64,000 nt of DNA from Candidatus Aenigmatarchaeota archaeon (lineage in GTDB: Archaea > Aenigmatarchaeota > Aenigmatarchaeia > GW2011-AR5), in assembly GCA_039091535.1 (NCBI GenBank), contig JAWCLW010000003.1:2183-66182 (forward strand). The letters run 5' to 3'. A program made the position numbers and the translations under genes. Shown one piece after another: positions 45,171 to 54,367 of this stretch; position 1 is the stretch's first letter; each line of letters begins with the position of its first letter. The notes beneath the pieces are model-generated. The model was not told the DNA's origin, searched no databases, and saw only the letters and a program-made list of their open reading frames with translations.

Positions 45171-46124
45171 ATGGAAAATAATTGGATAATATTGAGTTAT
45201 GATATACCAACAGAATATGGAAAATATCCAGGTTCACGAAGTGTAGATGAATTGATAAAAAACGGAATAATAATCCTCGATAAATGGCCAGGACCAACTT
45301 CTCATGATGTTGTAGCAACTATAAAGAAAATTTTTGGATTAAAGCGTGCGGGGCATAGTGGTACACTTGATCCATATGTTTCTGGCGTTTTACCTATTAC
45401 ATTAGAGAATTCTTGTAAAGTAATACCAGCACTTCAAAACTTAGATAAAGAATATGTTGGTATTATGCATCTTCATAAGGATGTCGATGAAAATGAATTA
45501 AATGAAACAATAAAAAAATTTATTGGTGAGATAAAACAGATACCCCCTGTAAGAAGCGCTGTTACAAGGAAGTTAAGAACAAGAAAGATTTATTCGTTTG
45601 ATATTCTTGAAAGAAAAGATAGAGATGTTTTATTTAAGATTAATTGCCAAGCAGGGACTTACATAAGGAAATTGATCGATGACATTGGTAGAAGTATTGG
45701 TGGAGCTCATATGAGAGAGCTCAGAAGAATAAAGGTGGGAAGATTTGATGAATCTAAAATTGTAAAGATACATGATATTGTTGATGCATATTATTTGTGG
45801 AAAGAATGTGGTGATGAATTGATAAGAGATTTTATTCTTCCTATCGAGGCAGCAATCGAGCATTTAGGTAAGATAATAATAAAAGATTCTGCAATTCCAT
45901 CTATAATAAATGGTTCACCTCTTTATACAGGTGGGATATGCAAAATACAAAGAAGTATAAAATTTGGAGAACTTATCGCTATATTAACATTAAAAGGTGA
46001 ACTTGTCGCGCTTGCAAAATCTAATATAAATGCAGAAGATATTAGAAAAAGAAAGTGTCTTGTTGCAAAGACTGATAGAGTTATCATGAAAAAGGAAGTC
46101 TACTCAAGCTTTAAATTATTATGA
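45171..46124 (+). CDS. cbf5: H/ACA RNP pseudouridine synthase Cbf5 (TruB family with PUA domain)
   Basis: GHSGTLDPYVSGVLPI catalytic motif, QIPPVRSAV, YIRKLIDDIG, and a C-terminal PUA region. Confidence 0.95.
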   Translation: MENNWIILSYDIPTEYGKYPGSRSVDELIKNGIIILDKWPGPTSHDVVATIKKIFGLKRAGHSGTLDPYVSGVLPITLENSCKVIPALQNLDKEYVGIMHLHKDVDENELNETIKKFIGEIKQIPPVRSAVTRKLRTRKIYSFDILERKDRDVLFKINCQAGTYIRKLIDDIGRSIGGAHMRELRRIKVGRFDESKIVKIHDIVDAYYLWKECGDELIRDFILPIEAAIEHLGKIIIKDSAIPSIINGSPLYTGGICKIQRSIKFGELIAILTLKGELVALAKSNINAEDIRKRKCLVAKTDRVIMKKEVYSSFKLL

Positions 46125-46146
46125 TTTTATAATTTCTTTGATAAAT

Positions 46147-46314
46147 ATGATAAAAAAAGAATTATTAGATATACTTGCATGCCCTAAATGCAAGGGTGAC
46201 ATAAAATATGATAAAAGGGCGAATAAATTAATTTGCTATAAATGCAGATTAAAATATAAAATACTTGATGGTGATATACCTGATATGCTAATCGAAGATG
46301 CTGAAAAATTTTGA
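46147..46314 (+). CDS. trm112: Trm112/YcaR-like zinc-ribbon protein (55 aa), below the ORF-track cutoff
   Basis: MIKKELLDILACPKCKGDIKYDKRANKLICYKCRLKYKILDGDIPDMLIEDAEKF follows the LL-x-IL-x-CP-x-C...YPI-x-DGIP-x-ML consensus. Confidence 0.75.
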   Translation: MIKKELLDILACPKCKGDIKYDKRANKLICYKCRLKYKILDGDIPDMLIEDAEKF

Positions 46315-46515
46315 TTTCTTATCTTCATCTGTTTTTAATTTATACGTCTGGCAACAAACATTACAAAAATAAATATATTCATTTTCCTTTGATATTACTC
46401 TTTCTATCTTTCCATTGCAATTATTATTCAAACAACTCATACCAAATTTATATATTTTTAATTCTATTGGTCTACTTTTAATTCTAATCATAAAATTACC
46501 TTTAATTTTTCCCAT
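46288..46515 (-). CDS. Small zinc-ribbon hypothetical protein
   Basis: 75 aa with CLNNNCNG...CNVCC. Downstream of, and overlapping, the radical SAM gene end. Convergently overlaps the Trm112-like ORF by 27 nt. Confidence 0.35.
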   Translation of the reverse strand: MGKIKGNFMIRIKSRPIELKIYKFGMSCLNNNCNGKIERVISKENEYIYFCNVCCQTYKLKTDEDKKSKFFSIFD

Positions 46516-47954
46516 TCTTTCTCATTTATTATACAACCTGGATCTGATTGCTGTATATCCCCGTAATACCCATAAGCGCGAGCACGACAACCACCACATA
46601 TATTTCTATATTTACATTTCTGGCAATTTCCCTTAAAATTTTTTCTGTCGCGTAGTTTTTTCATAATTTCATTGTTTTGCCAGACATCTATTAAATCATC
46701 TTTTTTTATGTTTCCGCATTTTATAGGGATAAATACACATGGCTCTATATCACCGTTTGGCTCTAATGCACAATAAAGCCTTGCTGTACCACAACCACCA
46801 ATAAATTCTGCAAGAAATTGCGTTGAATCAAACTCGCTTTTTTGGCTAAATGTGTCAAAATGTGTCATCGATATAGGGTAATCCAACATTGAACAAACAC
46901 GCGCATATTGTGGTGCAGTTGAAAGTAGTGATAATTTCCTCTTTTTAACTTGTGAGAATAAATATTTTAGCAAGTCTTCTCTCTCCTTTGGTGTAATATC
47001 AAGATTTATTATATCTTTACCACGGCCTGTTGGTATAAAATTATAATGCATGAAAATATCAACACCCAATTTTTCTGCAAGGTCAATAATTTTTGTAACT
47101 TCTTTTATGTTATGTCTTGTTACTGTTGTTGCAACACCAACAGTTATACCAGATTCAATAACATTCTTTATTCCATCTATTGTTTTTTTGAATACATTCC
47201 TACCGCGAAATGAGTCATGTGTTTTTGCGGTTGCACCATCAAGAGAAATCTGAATATATAAACAATTAACTTCTTTTAATTTTTTCACATTTTCTTTTGT
47301 GAGCAATGTGCCATTTGTTGCAATAGAAAATGCCATCTCTCTTTCTTTTATCCTTTTTGCTATGTCAAAGAGATCTGGCCGTATCAATGGCTCACCACCT
47401 GATATAGCAACGTATGCAACACCTGCTTCTGCCATCTTATCAACGGCCTGTAATGCTTCTTCTGGTGTTAGTTCATCTGGAGCAGGAACATGTGCATCTT
47501 CATAACAATGGATACAATTTAAATTGCATCTTTTTGTTACATTCCATACAATAAGAAAAGGAGAATAAGCAATAAATGGTTTTTGCGGTCCATATTTTGC
47601 TATACCCTCTAAGACAGATGAAAGACCTTTTCGCCACATTGGATTTTTCAGATTTGTTAGGATTTCATTTTTATCAATCTTCCATTCTTTTATAAATTTA
47701 TCTAAAATCTTTTTAACAATAAATTTTGCTATCTTACAGTTAGTGCATAGCTTTTGCTTATCACCAATGTAATCTTTAAGAATAAGCTCAATTCTTCTAC
47801 CACATTTACATTTCTTTGTACAAAATCGTAGAATATTTTTGGATATAGGATTACCTAGCCATGTTTCAATCAATTCTGCCATTTTCTGCGCATCATGCTT
47901 TTCTGTAATTTTATATTCAGAATCGAGCATATCGATTTTTGGCATATAGATCAA
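46488..47954 (-). CDS. Radical SAM protein with C-terminal SPASM-like Cys cluster region and Cys-rich N-terminal extension
   Basis: CNLNCIHCY radical SAM triad, GGEPL, and C-terminal Cys motifs (GGCGTARLYCALEPNGDIEPC, CQKCKYRNICGGCRARAY). N-terminal extension of about 130 aa with CTKKCKCG...CTNCK. Confidence 0.85.
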   Translation of the reverse strand: MIYMPKIDMLDSEYKITEKHDAQKMAELIETWLGNPISKNILRFCTKKCKCGRRIELILKDYIGDKQKLCTNCKIAKFIVKKILDKFIKEWKIDKNEILTNLKNPMWRKGLSSVLEGIAKYGPQKPFIAYSPFLIVWNVTKRCNLNCIHCYEDAHVPAPDELTPEEALQAVDKMAEAGVAYVAISGGEPLIRPDLFDIAKRIKEREMAFSIATNGTLLTKENVKKLKEVNCLYIQISLDGATAKTHDSFRGRNVFKKTIDGIKNVIESGITVGVATTVTRHNIKEVTKIIDLAEKLGVDIFMHYNFIPTGRGKDIINLDITPKEREDLLKYLFSQVKKRKLSLLSTAPQYARVCSMLDYPISMTHFDTFSQKSEFDSTQFLAEFIGGCGTARLYCALEPNGDIEPCVFIPIKCGNIKKDDLIDVWQNNEIMKKLRDRKNFKGNCQKCKYRNICGGCRARAYGYYGDIQQSDPGCIINEKEWEKLKVIL

Positions 47955-48012
47955 AATTATAATTTCTCCAAAATTTTTAAGGTTTTATTCCAATTTATTA
48001 ATTAGTGAAAAA

Positions 48013-48426
48013 ATGAGAACAGAATACTTAGGAACATTAAAAAATTATAAAGGCAAAATGAATTTTATCATAGCTTCAGGACCAGTAATAATAGAAAAGG
48101 GTAAAGTTCTTCTTGATAAACATGGAAAGGATGAATTCTGGAAATTTCCTGGTTCGTCAATAAAGAAAAATGAAGGCTTTGAGGAATGCGCAAAGAAAAG
48201 GGTAAAGGCAGAACTTGGTATTGATATAAAAATAATTAGACCATTAAAACCGATGATAATTTGGAGAAAAAATGAAGTAATAATCCTGATACATTATCTT
48301 GCAAAAAGAATTGGCAAAGTAAAACCAGGAAAATACATACGCGAATGGAAATGGATTGATATCAATAAATTACCAAAGGATGTTGCACCAAATATTAAGC
48401 CTGTATTGAAAGAACTAAAATTCTAA
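48013..48426 (+). CDS. NUDIX hydrolase
   Basis: WKFPGSSIKKNEGFEECAKKRVKAELGI approximates the Nudix box GX5EX7REUXEEXGU (degenerate in the REx2EE part). 137 aa. Confidence 0.6.
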   Translation: MRTEYLGTLKNYKGKMNFIIASGPVIIEKGKVLLDKHGKDEFWKFPGSSIKKNEGFEECAKKRVKAELGIDIKIIRPLKPMIIWRKNEVIILIHYLAKRIGKVKPGKYIREWKWIDINKLPKDVAPNIKPVLKELKF

Positions 48427-48622
48427 TAGAAAGTTTTTAATAGAATAGTATAATTTATATTGTAGAAAAAGCTAAGTATGTTAAATGGTATAATGAAAAA
48501 AAGAAAAGAAAGTTTTGCCATTTTTGCCAAATCTTTTAGTAAAAAATTAAAAATATTGAATATACTCCTGTTTATTGTTTTGGCTTAAAGGATTTGGCAA
48601 GGCTTTTGAAATAAAAATCATT

Positions 48623-48737
48623 GCTGGGATGGCAGAGCTTGGTCCAATGCGCCAGCTTGGAGAGCTGGTATGCGTCATAGAATAATGCATTTGGTGTATC
48701 GACGTTGCATGCGGGAGTTCAAATCTCCCTCCCAGCG
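48623..48737 (+). tRNA. tRNA-Ser (GGA) with an insertion in the long variable arm
   Basis: Acceptor GCTGGGA/TCCCAGC plus G73. Class II D arm GCA-GAGCTTGGTCCAA-TGC. Anticodon stem CCAGC/GCTGG with loop TTGGAGA. T arm GGGAG-TTCAAAT-CTCCC. The variable region is 44 nt, versus about 16-20 expected. Confidence 0.8.
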
Positions 48738-48789
48738 CTTAATTTATAAAGTAAAAAGAGACAATTAATAATACTTTAGATAATAAAAG

Positions 48790-50001
48790 ATGATTTGTAT
48801 GGAAGTGCAAGTACTTCTAAGTCTTGCTTTGATACTACTTGTTGCAAAGATATTTGGAGAGATTGCTGAAAGATTGAGATTTTCTTCTATGGTTGGTGAG
48901 GTCATAGCGGGAATAGTCCTTGGCCCTGTTTTAGGACTTGTTGTTGCAACTCCCTTTCTTGAGCAAATATCAAGATTTGGTATTTTATTTTTATTATTTA
49001 TCATAGGACTCTCAACAAATTTTGATATGGTGAAAAAAGATATTTATACGGCCAGTATACTTGCAATAGGAGGTTGTGGACTGTCATTTGTTTTAGGGTT
49101 TTTAATAGGTTATATTTTATTTAATTCACTAAATATTGCTATATTTCTTGGTGTAGCTCTGTTATCTACAAGCACAGCGATAACAATGCGTTCTATTATA
49201 GATATAGGTGAATTCAAAACAAAACTTTATAATATACTACTTGCTATAGATATGGCGGATGAGGTATTAGCTATACTCGCTCTTTCATTATTTACAACAT
49301 ATGCAATATTTGGTTATGTTGAGATATGGAAAGTTTTTGGACTTTTTTTTGTTGTTATAGGATTTTTTCTTTTTATAATATCATTTGGTTCTAAAATTAT
49401 AGGTAGAGCTTTGCGCATATTTCAAAGTATGCATGACGAGCAGATAATTGTAACAGTATCATTAGCTATTGTATTTATTGTTGCATTTGCAAGTGAAAGT
49501 GTTAGTATAGCTGGTGTGACGGGTGCATTCCTTGCAGGTATGGCTATGAGTAAATCACCAATCACAGAATCTGTGATAATACCAAAGATAAAAATTATTG
49601 GATACGGTTTTTTTATACCTTTATTCTTTGCATATTCAGCAATTATACTTGATATCACAGCATTTTTATCATATTTCTGGATTATTTTATTACTTGTGAT
49701 TATTGGATTTACTGCAAAGTTTTTAGGCTGTGGAATTTTTAGTGGCTATTTTGGTTTTAAGAGACGTGAACAAAATATTATTGGTATAGGCATGCTCCCA
49801 CATGGAGAATATTCTATTTTAATAGCACAGATAGCATTAGGTTATAGCATAATAACACGCCAGCTTTACACATCTGTAATAGCATTTGTCTTGATAACGA
49901 TAATACTTACACCAATCTTATTATGGCTCATATATGGAAAAACTTATAGTTTTAAAAACATTCGCCCTCAATGGAAAAGAATTATAATACCAGGTGAATA
50001 G
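48790..50001 (+). CDS. Cation:proton antiporter (CPA2/Kef-NapA type)
   Basis: LLVAKIFGEIAERLRFSSMVGEVIAGIVLGP N-terminal motif and about 12 TM spans. 403 aa with no C-terminal TrkA domain. Confidence 0.85.
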   Translation: MICMEVQVLLSLALILLVAKIFGEIAERLRFSSMVGEVIAGIVLGPVLGLVVATPFLEQISRFGILFLLFIIGLSTNFDMVKKDIYTASILAIGGCGLSFVLGFLIGYILFNSLNIAIFLGVALLSTSTAITMRSIIDIGEFKTKLYNILLAIDMADEVLAILALSLFTTYAIFGYVEIWKVFGLFFVVIGFFLFIISFGSKIIGRALRIFQSMHDEQIIVTVSLAIVFIVAFASESVSIAGVTGAFLAGMAMSKSPITESVIIPKIKIIGYGFFIPLFFAYSAIILDITAFLSYFWIILLLVIIGFTAKFLGCGIFSGYFGFKRREQNIIGIGMLPHGEYSILIAQIALGYSIITRQLYTSVIAFVLITIILTPILLWLIYGKTYSFKNIRPQWKRIIIPGE

Positions 50002-50002
50002 T

Positions 50003-50530
50003 ATGGGGCTCAGACCAGGAAAATGCTATAGGAGGTTACATAGACCATATACTCGACAGAGTATACGTGTACCAAAAAAAGGATATGTTAAGGGTGTTCC
50101 AAAACCAAAAATAAGTGAATTTGAATTAGGGACAAAAGATGAATATGACAGTGCTCTGTTCCTTGTTTCCAAGCGTGCTGTGCAAATAAGACATAATGCA
50201 TTAGAATCTGCACGTGTGGCTGCTGTGCAGACTCTTGAAAAAAACCTTGGAAAGGCTGCTGAATTTTTCCTTAAGGTCCGTATTTATCCACATCACGTTT
50301 TACGCGAAAATGCTTTAGCAACGGGTGCAGGTGCAGATAGGTTTCAGCAGGGTATGCGTATGAGTTTTGGTAAACCTATAGGTACAGCAGCTCGCATATC
50401 AATTGGACAAAAAATAATAGAGATACGTGTTAACAAGGAACACATAGAAATTGCTAAAAAAGCATTAAAACAAGCAAGTTATAAATTACCAACCCCATGC
50501 AGAATTGTTGTAGAAAATATAAAGAAATAA
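50003..50530 (+). CDS. rpl10e: 50S ribosomal protein L10e (uL16)
   Basis: MGLRPGKCYRRLHRPYTR...RMSFGKPIG. The ATG at 50003 lies 6 nt after AGGTGA. The track ORF starts at a GTG at 49994. Confidence 0.9.
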   Translation: MGLRPGKCYRRLHRPYTRQSIRVPKKGYVKGVPKPKISEFELGTKDEYDSALFLVSKRAVQIRHNALESARVAAVQTLEKNLGKAAEFFLKVRIYPHHVLRENALATGAGADRFQQGMRMSFGKPIGTAARISIGQKIIEIRVNKEHIEIAKKALKQASYKLPTPCRIVVENIKK

Positions 50531-50555
50531 AAACACCTTCTTTCTATTTTAGTTT

Positions 50556-51047
50556 TTAGCAATTTATGAATATCACGTCTTTTCCCGGTATAGAATCAAA
50601 TGCTTGGTTAGGACAATTATTACTACTCACAATAATTTTTTCAATTGTTTTATTTATGCCATCACATGTATCTGTACTTACATTTGTTATTGTCAATGTT
50701 TCACCAACACTCAGAATTTTTGTTTCATTGATGTTATAATTAAATATAGAGCCTGTTGTATTTTGTATCACAATCCTACTTATCTCTAATGCCTTCTTTC
50801 CAGAGTTAGAGATACTAACATTCACACGGTGTATTATCCCAGAAGAACAATCCCCATTACAATCATATGTTGCATTAATGATATACATATCTGCAAATTG
50901 ACAACCAAGTCTTTCTTTTGTTGTATTTTTTATGCTTTCGGATCTTTCAGTAGATAATGTTGTTATCCAATTAAATACAAATGATGCTATAACAACTGTG
51001 AGAAGAATAAGCAAAACTGCAGATAAAAAAATATTGACACCTTTCAT
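50556..51047 (-). CDS. Archaeal type IV pilin-like (class III signal peptide) Cys-rich protein
   Basis: MKGVNIFLSAVLLILLTVVIASFVFNWI resembles the archaeal pilin/archaellin N-terminal domain. Eight Cys in the ectodomain. Confidence 0.5.
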   Translation of the reverse strand: MKGVNIFLSAVLLILLTVVIASFVFNWITTLSTERSESIKNTTKERLGCQFADMYIINATYDCNGDCSSGIIHRVNVSISNSGKKALEISRIVIQNTTGSIFNYNINETKILSVGETLTITNVSTDTCDGINKTIEKIIVSSNNCPNQAFDSIPGKDVIFINC

Positions 51048-51102
51048 AATTATTTATATACATTTTCTTATTTATTAGTTTTTAATAAGTATTTGATTAT
51101 TA

Positions 51103-51561
51103 TCATTTTACTTCTCTAATAAGACTTGTTTCTTCCTTTTTAATTATCTCCCCATTGATTGCATTTATATCAAAAGATGTAATAGCTATATCATTTGTAA
51201 CGACACCAATTCTCCAAATTGGTATTTCTTTTTTATGTAATGTTATTAAAATATTGACTATACCTTTTTTAACATCGCTTTTTGCCCTATCTATAGCGTC
51301 TTCGACTGATATCTTTATATCTAATACATTCAGCTTTTCAAATTTGCTAAGCGCTTGTGTTTCTTCTCCAAGTGTAATAAAATTGTCATTAACGCAACAA
51401 TCTATCGTACGATTTGTTTTAGGATTGTAAAAAATAAGTGTCCATTCTGTAATATTTTCATCTTCGGTTATACATGTAAATGCAGAACCAAGAAAAAAAT
51501 CATAAAGTTTCTTCACATCTTCATTATTTTCAGCATATCTGACAGCATCTATTATATTCAT
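51103..51561 (-). CDS. Hypothetical protein (PepSY-like C-terminal half, tentative)
   Basis: 152 aa. ISVEDAIDRAKSDV...FDINAINGEIIKKEE resembles a PepSY-type repeat. No signal peptide. Confidence 0.35.
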   Translation of the reverse strand: MNIIDAVRYAENNEDVKKLYDFFLGSAFTCITEDENITEWTLIFYNPKTNRTIDCCVNDNFITLGEETQALSKFEKLNVLDIKISVEDAIDRAKSDVKKGIVNILITLHKKEIPIWRIGVVTNDIAITSFDINAINGEIIKKEETSLIREVK

Positions 51562-51788
51562 TATATCTCCTTTAATTTTTCTGATATAAAATTTATTACA
51601 TTGTCATCTACTGGAATGGAAAACGATTTCTTATATCTTCTTTCGCCGCTTTGTGTAAAGAAGCCACGTGAAATAGATATAAACTCATTTTCACCATTAT
51701 TGGTTATAGCTTTTTTTCTTGCTATTTCAAGAAAATTTTTATTTCCAAATTTTATCTCGTCAGACTTCATTGTCTCGAAAGTTACCAT
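51561..51788 (-). CDS. Small hypothetical protein, possible PC4/YdbC-like ssDNA-binding fold
   Basis: 75 aa. NFLEIARKK...NEFISISRGFFTQSGERRYKKSFSIP resembles the beta-sheet core pattern of PC4-like proteins. Follows nreA after a 39-nt gap on the same strand and abuts the next ORF. Weak. Confidence 0.3.
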   Translation of the reverse strand: MVTFETMKSDEIKFGNKNFLEIARKKAITNNGENEFISISRGFFTQSGERRYKKSFSIPVDDNVINFISEKLKEI

Positions 51789-51827
51789 TTTTTAACACCT
51801 CTCTTAATTATTAGAACAAAAAAGTTT

Positions 51828-53102
51828 TTAAATACTGAATTTATCAGTTTTTAATTTATTAATTTCTGCTTTAGTTTTATTTGATGTCATTGATGTTGAT
51901 GAGTCAAATTTAAAATCATCCAATCTCTTCTGTCGTAATATTATACTGATTTTTTTATAATACTCTATTGGGAGTCTTAACTTTGTATTAATGTGATTTA
52001 ATGCTTCATCAAGTGTTGAAAATATTTTACATGGGTTCTTAAATGCATTTCTTACAGTCTCACGCACGACCCAAACACCCAATGGAATCATATAGCCTTC
52101 GTATATCTCACGGAAAACGATGACACGTGCCTGTCTTTTCATTTTATAAAGCGCCTCTACAACCCCGATTCTTGCTGCATAATACCCACCCCCTTCTTTT
52201 TCTGCATAACTCGTCCTTCCTTGAAATGGTTCATATTCCTCAACTATCTCTGCATTTTTTATGTAAGATGCCCAGAAAGAACCAGGTGACCAGGCCTCAA
52301 AATTTTCATATTCCCAATTACCTGGTATAAGTAATATCTCAAAATGATTATCTAAGTATTGAGATGAATAAACACGAAATTCATTTATAGATGGATAATT
52401 TCTGACATAGTTAAGCAAATTTTTACATATTATATCATCTATTGCGGTTATGCTATATCTTGTTGGTACTAGTTTTTTGTTTTTCTGTAGACCTAAAGCG
52501 CCTGTAGAGAATATTGTTGAAATCTTGTAAACATCAAGACCTGTCTTATATAATAAAAAACTTGACTCTTTTGCTTTTAAATCATCAGAAACGATCTTTT
52601 CAATTTTTTGTGGAATCTTTGGATTTTCAGCCAGATTTAATTTTTTTATAGATACAGATGGGCCCATTGGTTGGACTACATCAGAAAACATCACCTTATA
52701 TGTTGGTTTTTTATCAAAACTCATTTCAACATCTATTGGTTTTATGGATAATGCAATCTGTTGAATATTATCTACAATCTTTTCATTGGAAAATATGTTT
52801 TGTTTGCTTTTAGATCTTAGCATAGATGAACGAAAAGAAATAATATCAGAATACTCCATCCCAAACCACAAGTTTGGATTATCTATTTCATATAAATTTT
52901 TTAACAAGACTGGCACCACTGGACCAATAAACACATTAGGATAACCAATCCTACCAACAAAAACAGATGTTGATGGTCCGAAAAATTCTGTATCTATGTT
53001 AATTTTTGTTGTAATATCTATTCTTGCAAGTAGCGGGCATCTCTTTAAACCACAAAGAGCTCGCGAACCCTTGCAAATTATACATAGATTACCAGGTCTC
53101 AT
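51828..53102 (-). CDS. nreA: DNA repair protein NreA
   Basis: Hallmark N-terminus CIICKGSRALCGLKRCPLL and the conserved LVPTRYSITAIDD and GGGYYAARIGV blocks of the archaeal Nre family. Confidence 0.75.
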   Translation of the reverse strand: MRPGNLCIICKGSRALCGLKRCPLLARIDITTKINIDTEFFGPSTSVFVGRIGYPNVFIGPVVPVLLKNLYEIDNPNLWFGMEYSDIISFRSSMLRSKSKQNIFSNEKIVDNIQQIALSIKPIDVEMSFDKKPTYKVMFSDVVQPMGPSVSIKKLNLAENPKIPQKIEKIVSDDLKAKESSFLLYKTGLDVYKISTIFSTGALGLQKNKKLVPTRYSITAIDDIICKNLLNYVRNYPSINEFRVYSSQYLDNHFEILLIPGNWEYENFEAWSPGSFWASYIKNAEIVEEYEPFQGRTSYAEKEGGGYYAARIGVVEALYKMKRQARVIVFREIYEGYMIPLGVWVVRETVRNAFKNPCKIFSTLDEALNHINTKLRLPIEYYKKISIILRQKRLDDFKFDSSTSMTSNKTKAEINKLKTDKFSI

Positions 53103-53481
53103 AATAAAAGTATAAATGAAAAAATATTTAGAAGAATATTACTTTAGTTTCGATTTATGACCCGAAATAATTGAATACAATGCTTTTAATGTTAGGGTAT
53201 ACTTTATAATGGTTTTGTAGGAGCACTAGCTAAGCCATTAAAGTATCATAATCGATATTTTAAATGAAGAAGACCTAAAAATATTTTAAAAAAGAGTTGA
53301 TTTATATGGAAAGAAAACATAAAAATAAATTTCCAATCTAAGATATTTTTTAATACTATTTCTAATAATGAAAACTAATGCTTATACTAGAAATAAGTTA
53401 TGGAAAAGAAGAAATATTGAAACGAAATGACAAGTCTTCTAAACAAACTAGTACATCAAAATAAAAACAAAGAAATAAAAA

Positions 53482-53745
53482 TTATTTCTTTTTCTTTTCT
53501 TTCTTTTCCTCAGATTTTTCACGACTCTCCCATTTGAGATCTTCGTACTCAATCCAAGCTATTATAAGACCAAGGAATATTAATGCAACACCAATCAAAC
53601 CAACGAACACTGTAACGAATGCCCTGAATGTGCTCATTCCAAAAAACTGTTGTAGTCCTAAATGCCCAAATAATGGTGCTGCATACCAATAGATACCAAT
53701 CAAAAAGATTATAATCCCAATAATTAGCTTTATCGCTGAATGCAT
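53482..53745 (-). CDS. Small membrane protein
   Basis: 87 aa with three hydrophobic spans and an EKSEEKKEKKKK tail. Confidence 0.4.
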   Translation of the reverse strand: MHSAIKLIIGIIIFLIGIYWYAAPLFGHLGLQQFFGMSTFRAFVTVFVGLIGVALIFLGLIIAWIEYEDLKWESREKSEEKKEKKKK

Positions 53746-53808
53746 TGTATCACCTCATTTTTTATTTATTCTAATATTTTAAATACTTTTTTATTTATTG
53801 ATTAAGGT

Positions 53809-54300
53809 ATGAAAAGTTTTTACAGATTCTTAAGAAATGCGTGGAAAACAAGAAAAAAAGAAAAAATAAGAACTTGGAATAAAGAAAATGTTATTGTGAG
53901 AATTGAAAGGCCAACAAGACCTGACCGTGCACATGCTCTAGGTTATAAAGCAAAGCAGGGGTTTGTTATTGCACGCATAAGGATAAGAAAAGGTGGTAGG
54001 AGAAGACCCACTATAAGAAAAGGCAGAAAACCAGGTAAAACAGGTCTGATATATCTTCGCACGTCACAAAGCAAACAAGCAATTGCTGAAAAGCGTGTTG
54101 CAAGAAAATTCCCAAACCTAGAGATTCTTAATTCATATTATGTAGGTGAGGATGGAAAAAATAAATATTATGAGGTAATCATGGTTGATCCAAATCATCC
54201 TGAAATAAAATCTGATCCCGATATAAATTGGGTATGTAATCAAAGACGTAGAGTATTTCGTGGACTTACATCTGCCGCAAAGAAATCAAGAGGATTATAA
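53809..54300 (+). CDS. rpl15e: 50S ribosomal protein L15e
   Basis: [34 protein letters not shown] and [12 protein letters not shown] motifs. Confidence 0.9.
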   Translation: MKSFYRFLRNAWKTRKKEKIRTWNKENVIVRIERPTRPDRAHALGYKAKQGFVIARIRIRKGGRRRPTIRKGRKPGKTGLIYLRTSQSKQAIAEKRVARKFPNLEILNSYYVGEDGKNKYYEVIMVDPNHPEIKSDPDINWVCNQRRRVFRGLTSAAKKSRGL

Positions 54301-54367
54301 GAAAATTTGATAACATAAAAACATTGCTTAAAAGCTTTCATTCTTAATAAATTAATAAGGTGTTGAG

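Noticed and set aside
44767-45318. Minus-strand ORFs of 72-86 aa across DUF106 and the cbf5 start
   Set aside because: They are antisense to recognisable genes, with Tyr/His/Ile/Phe-rich low-complexity products.
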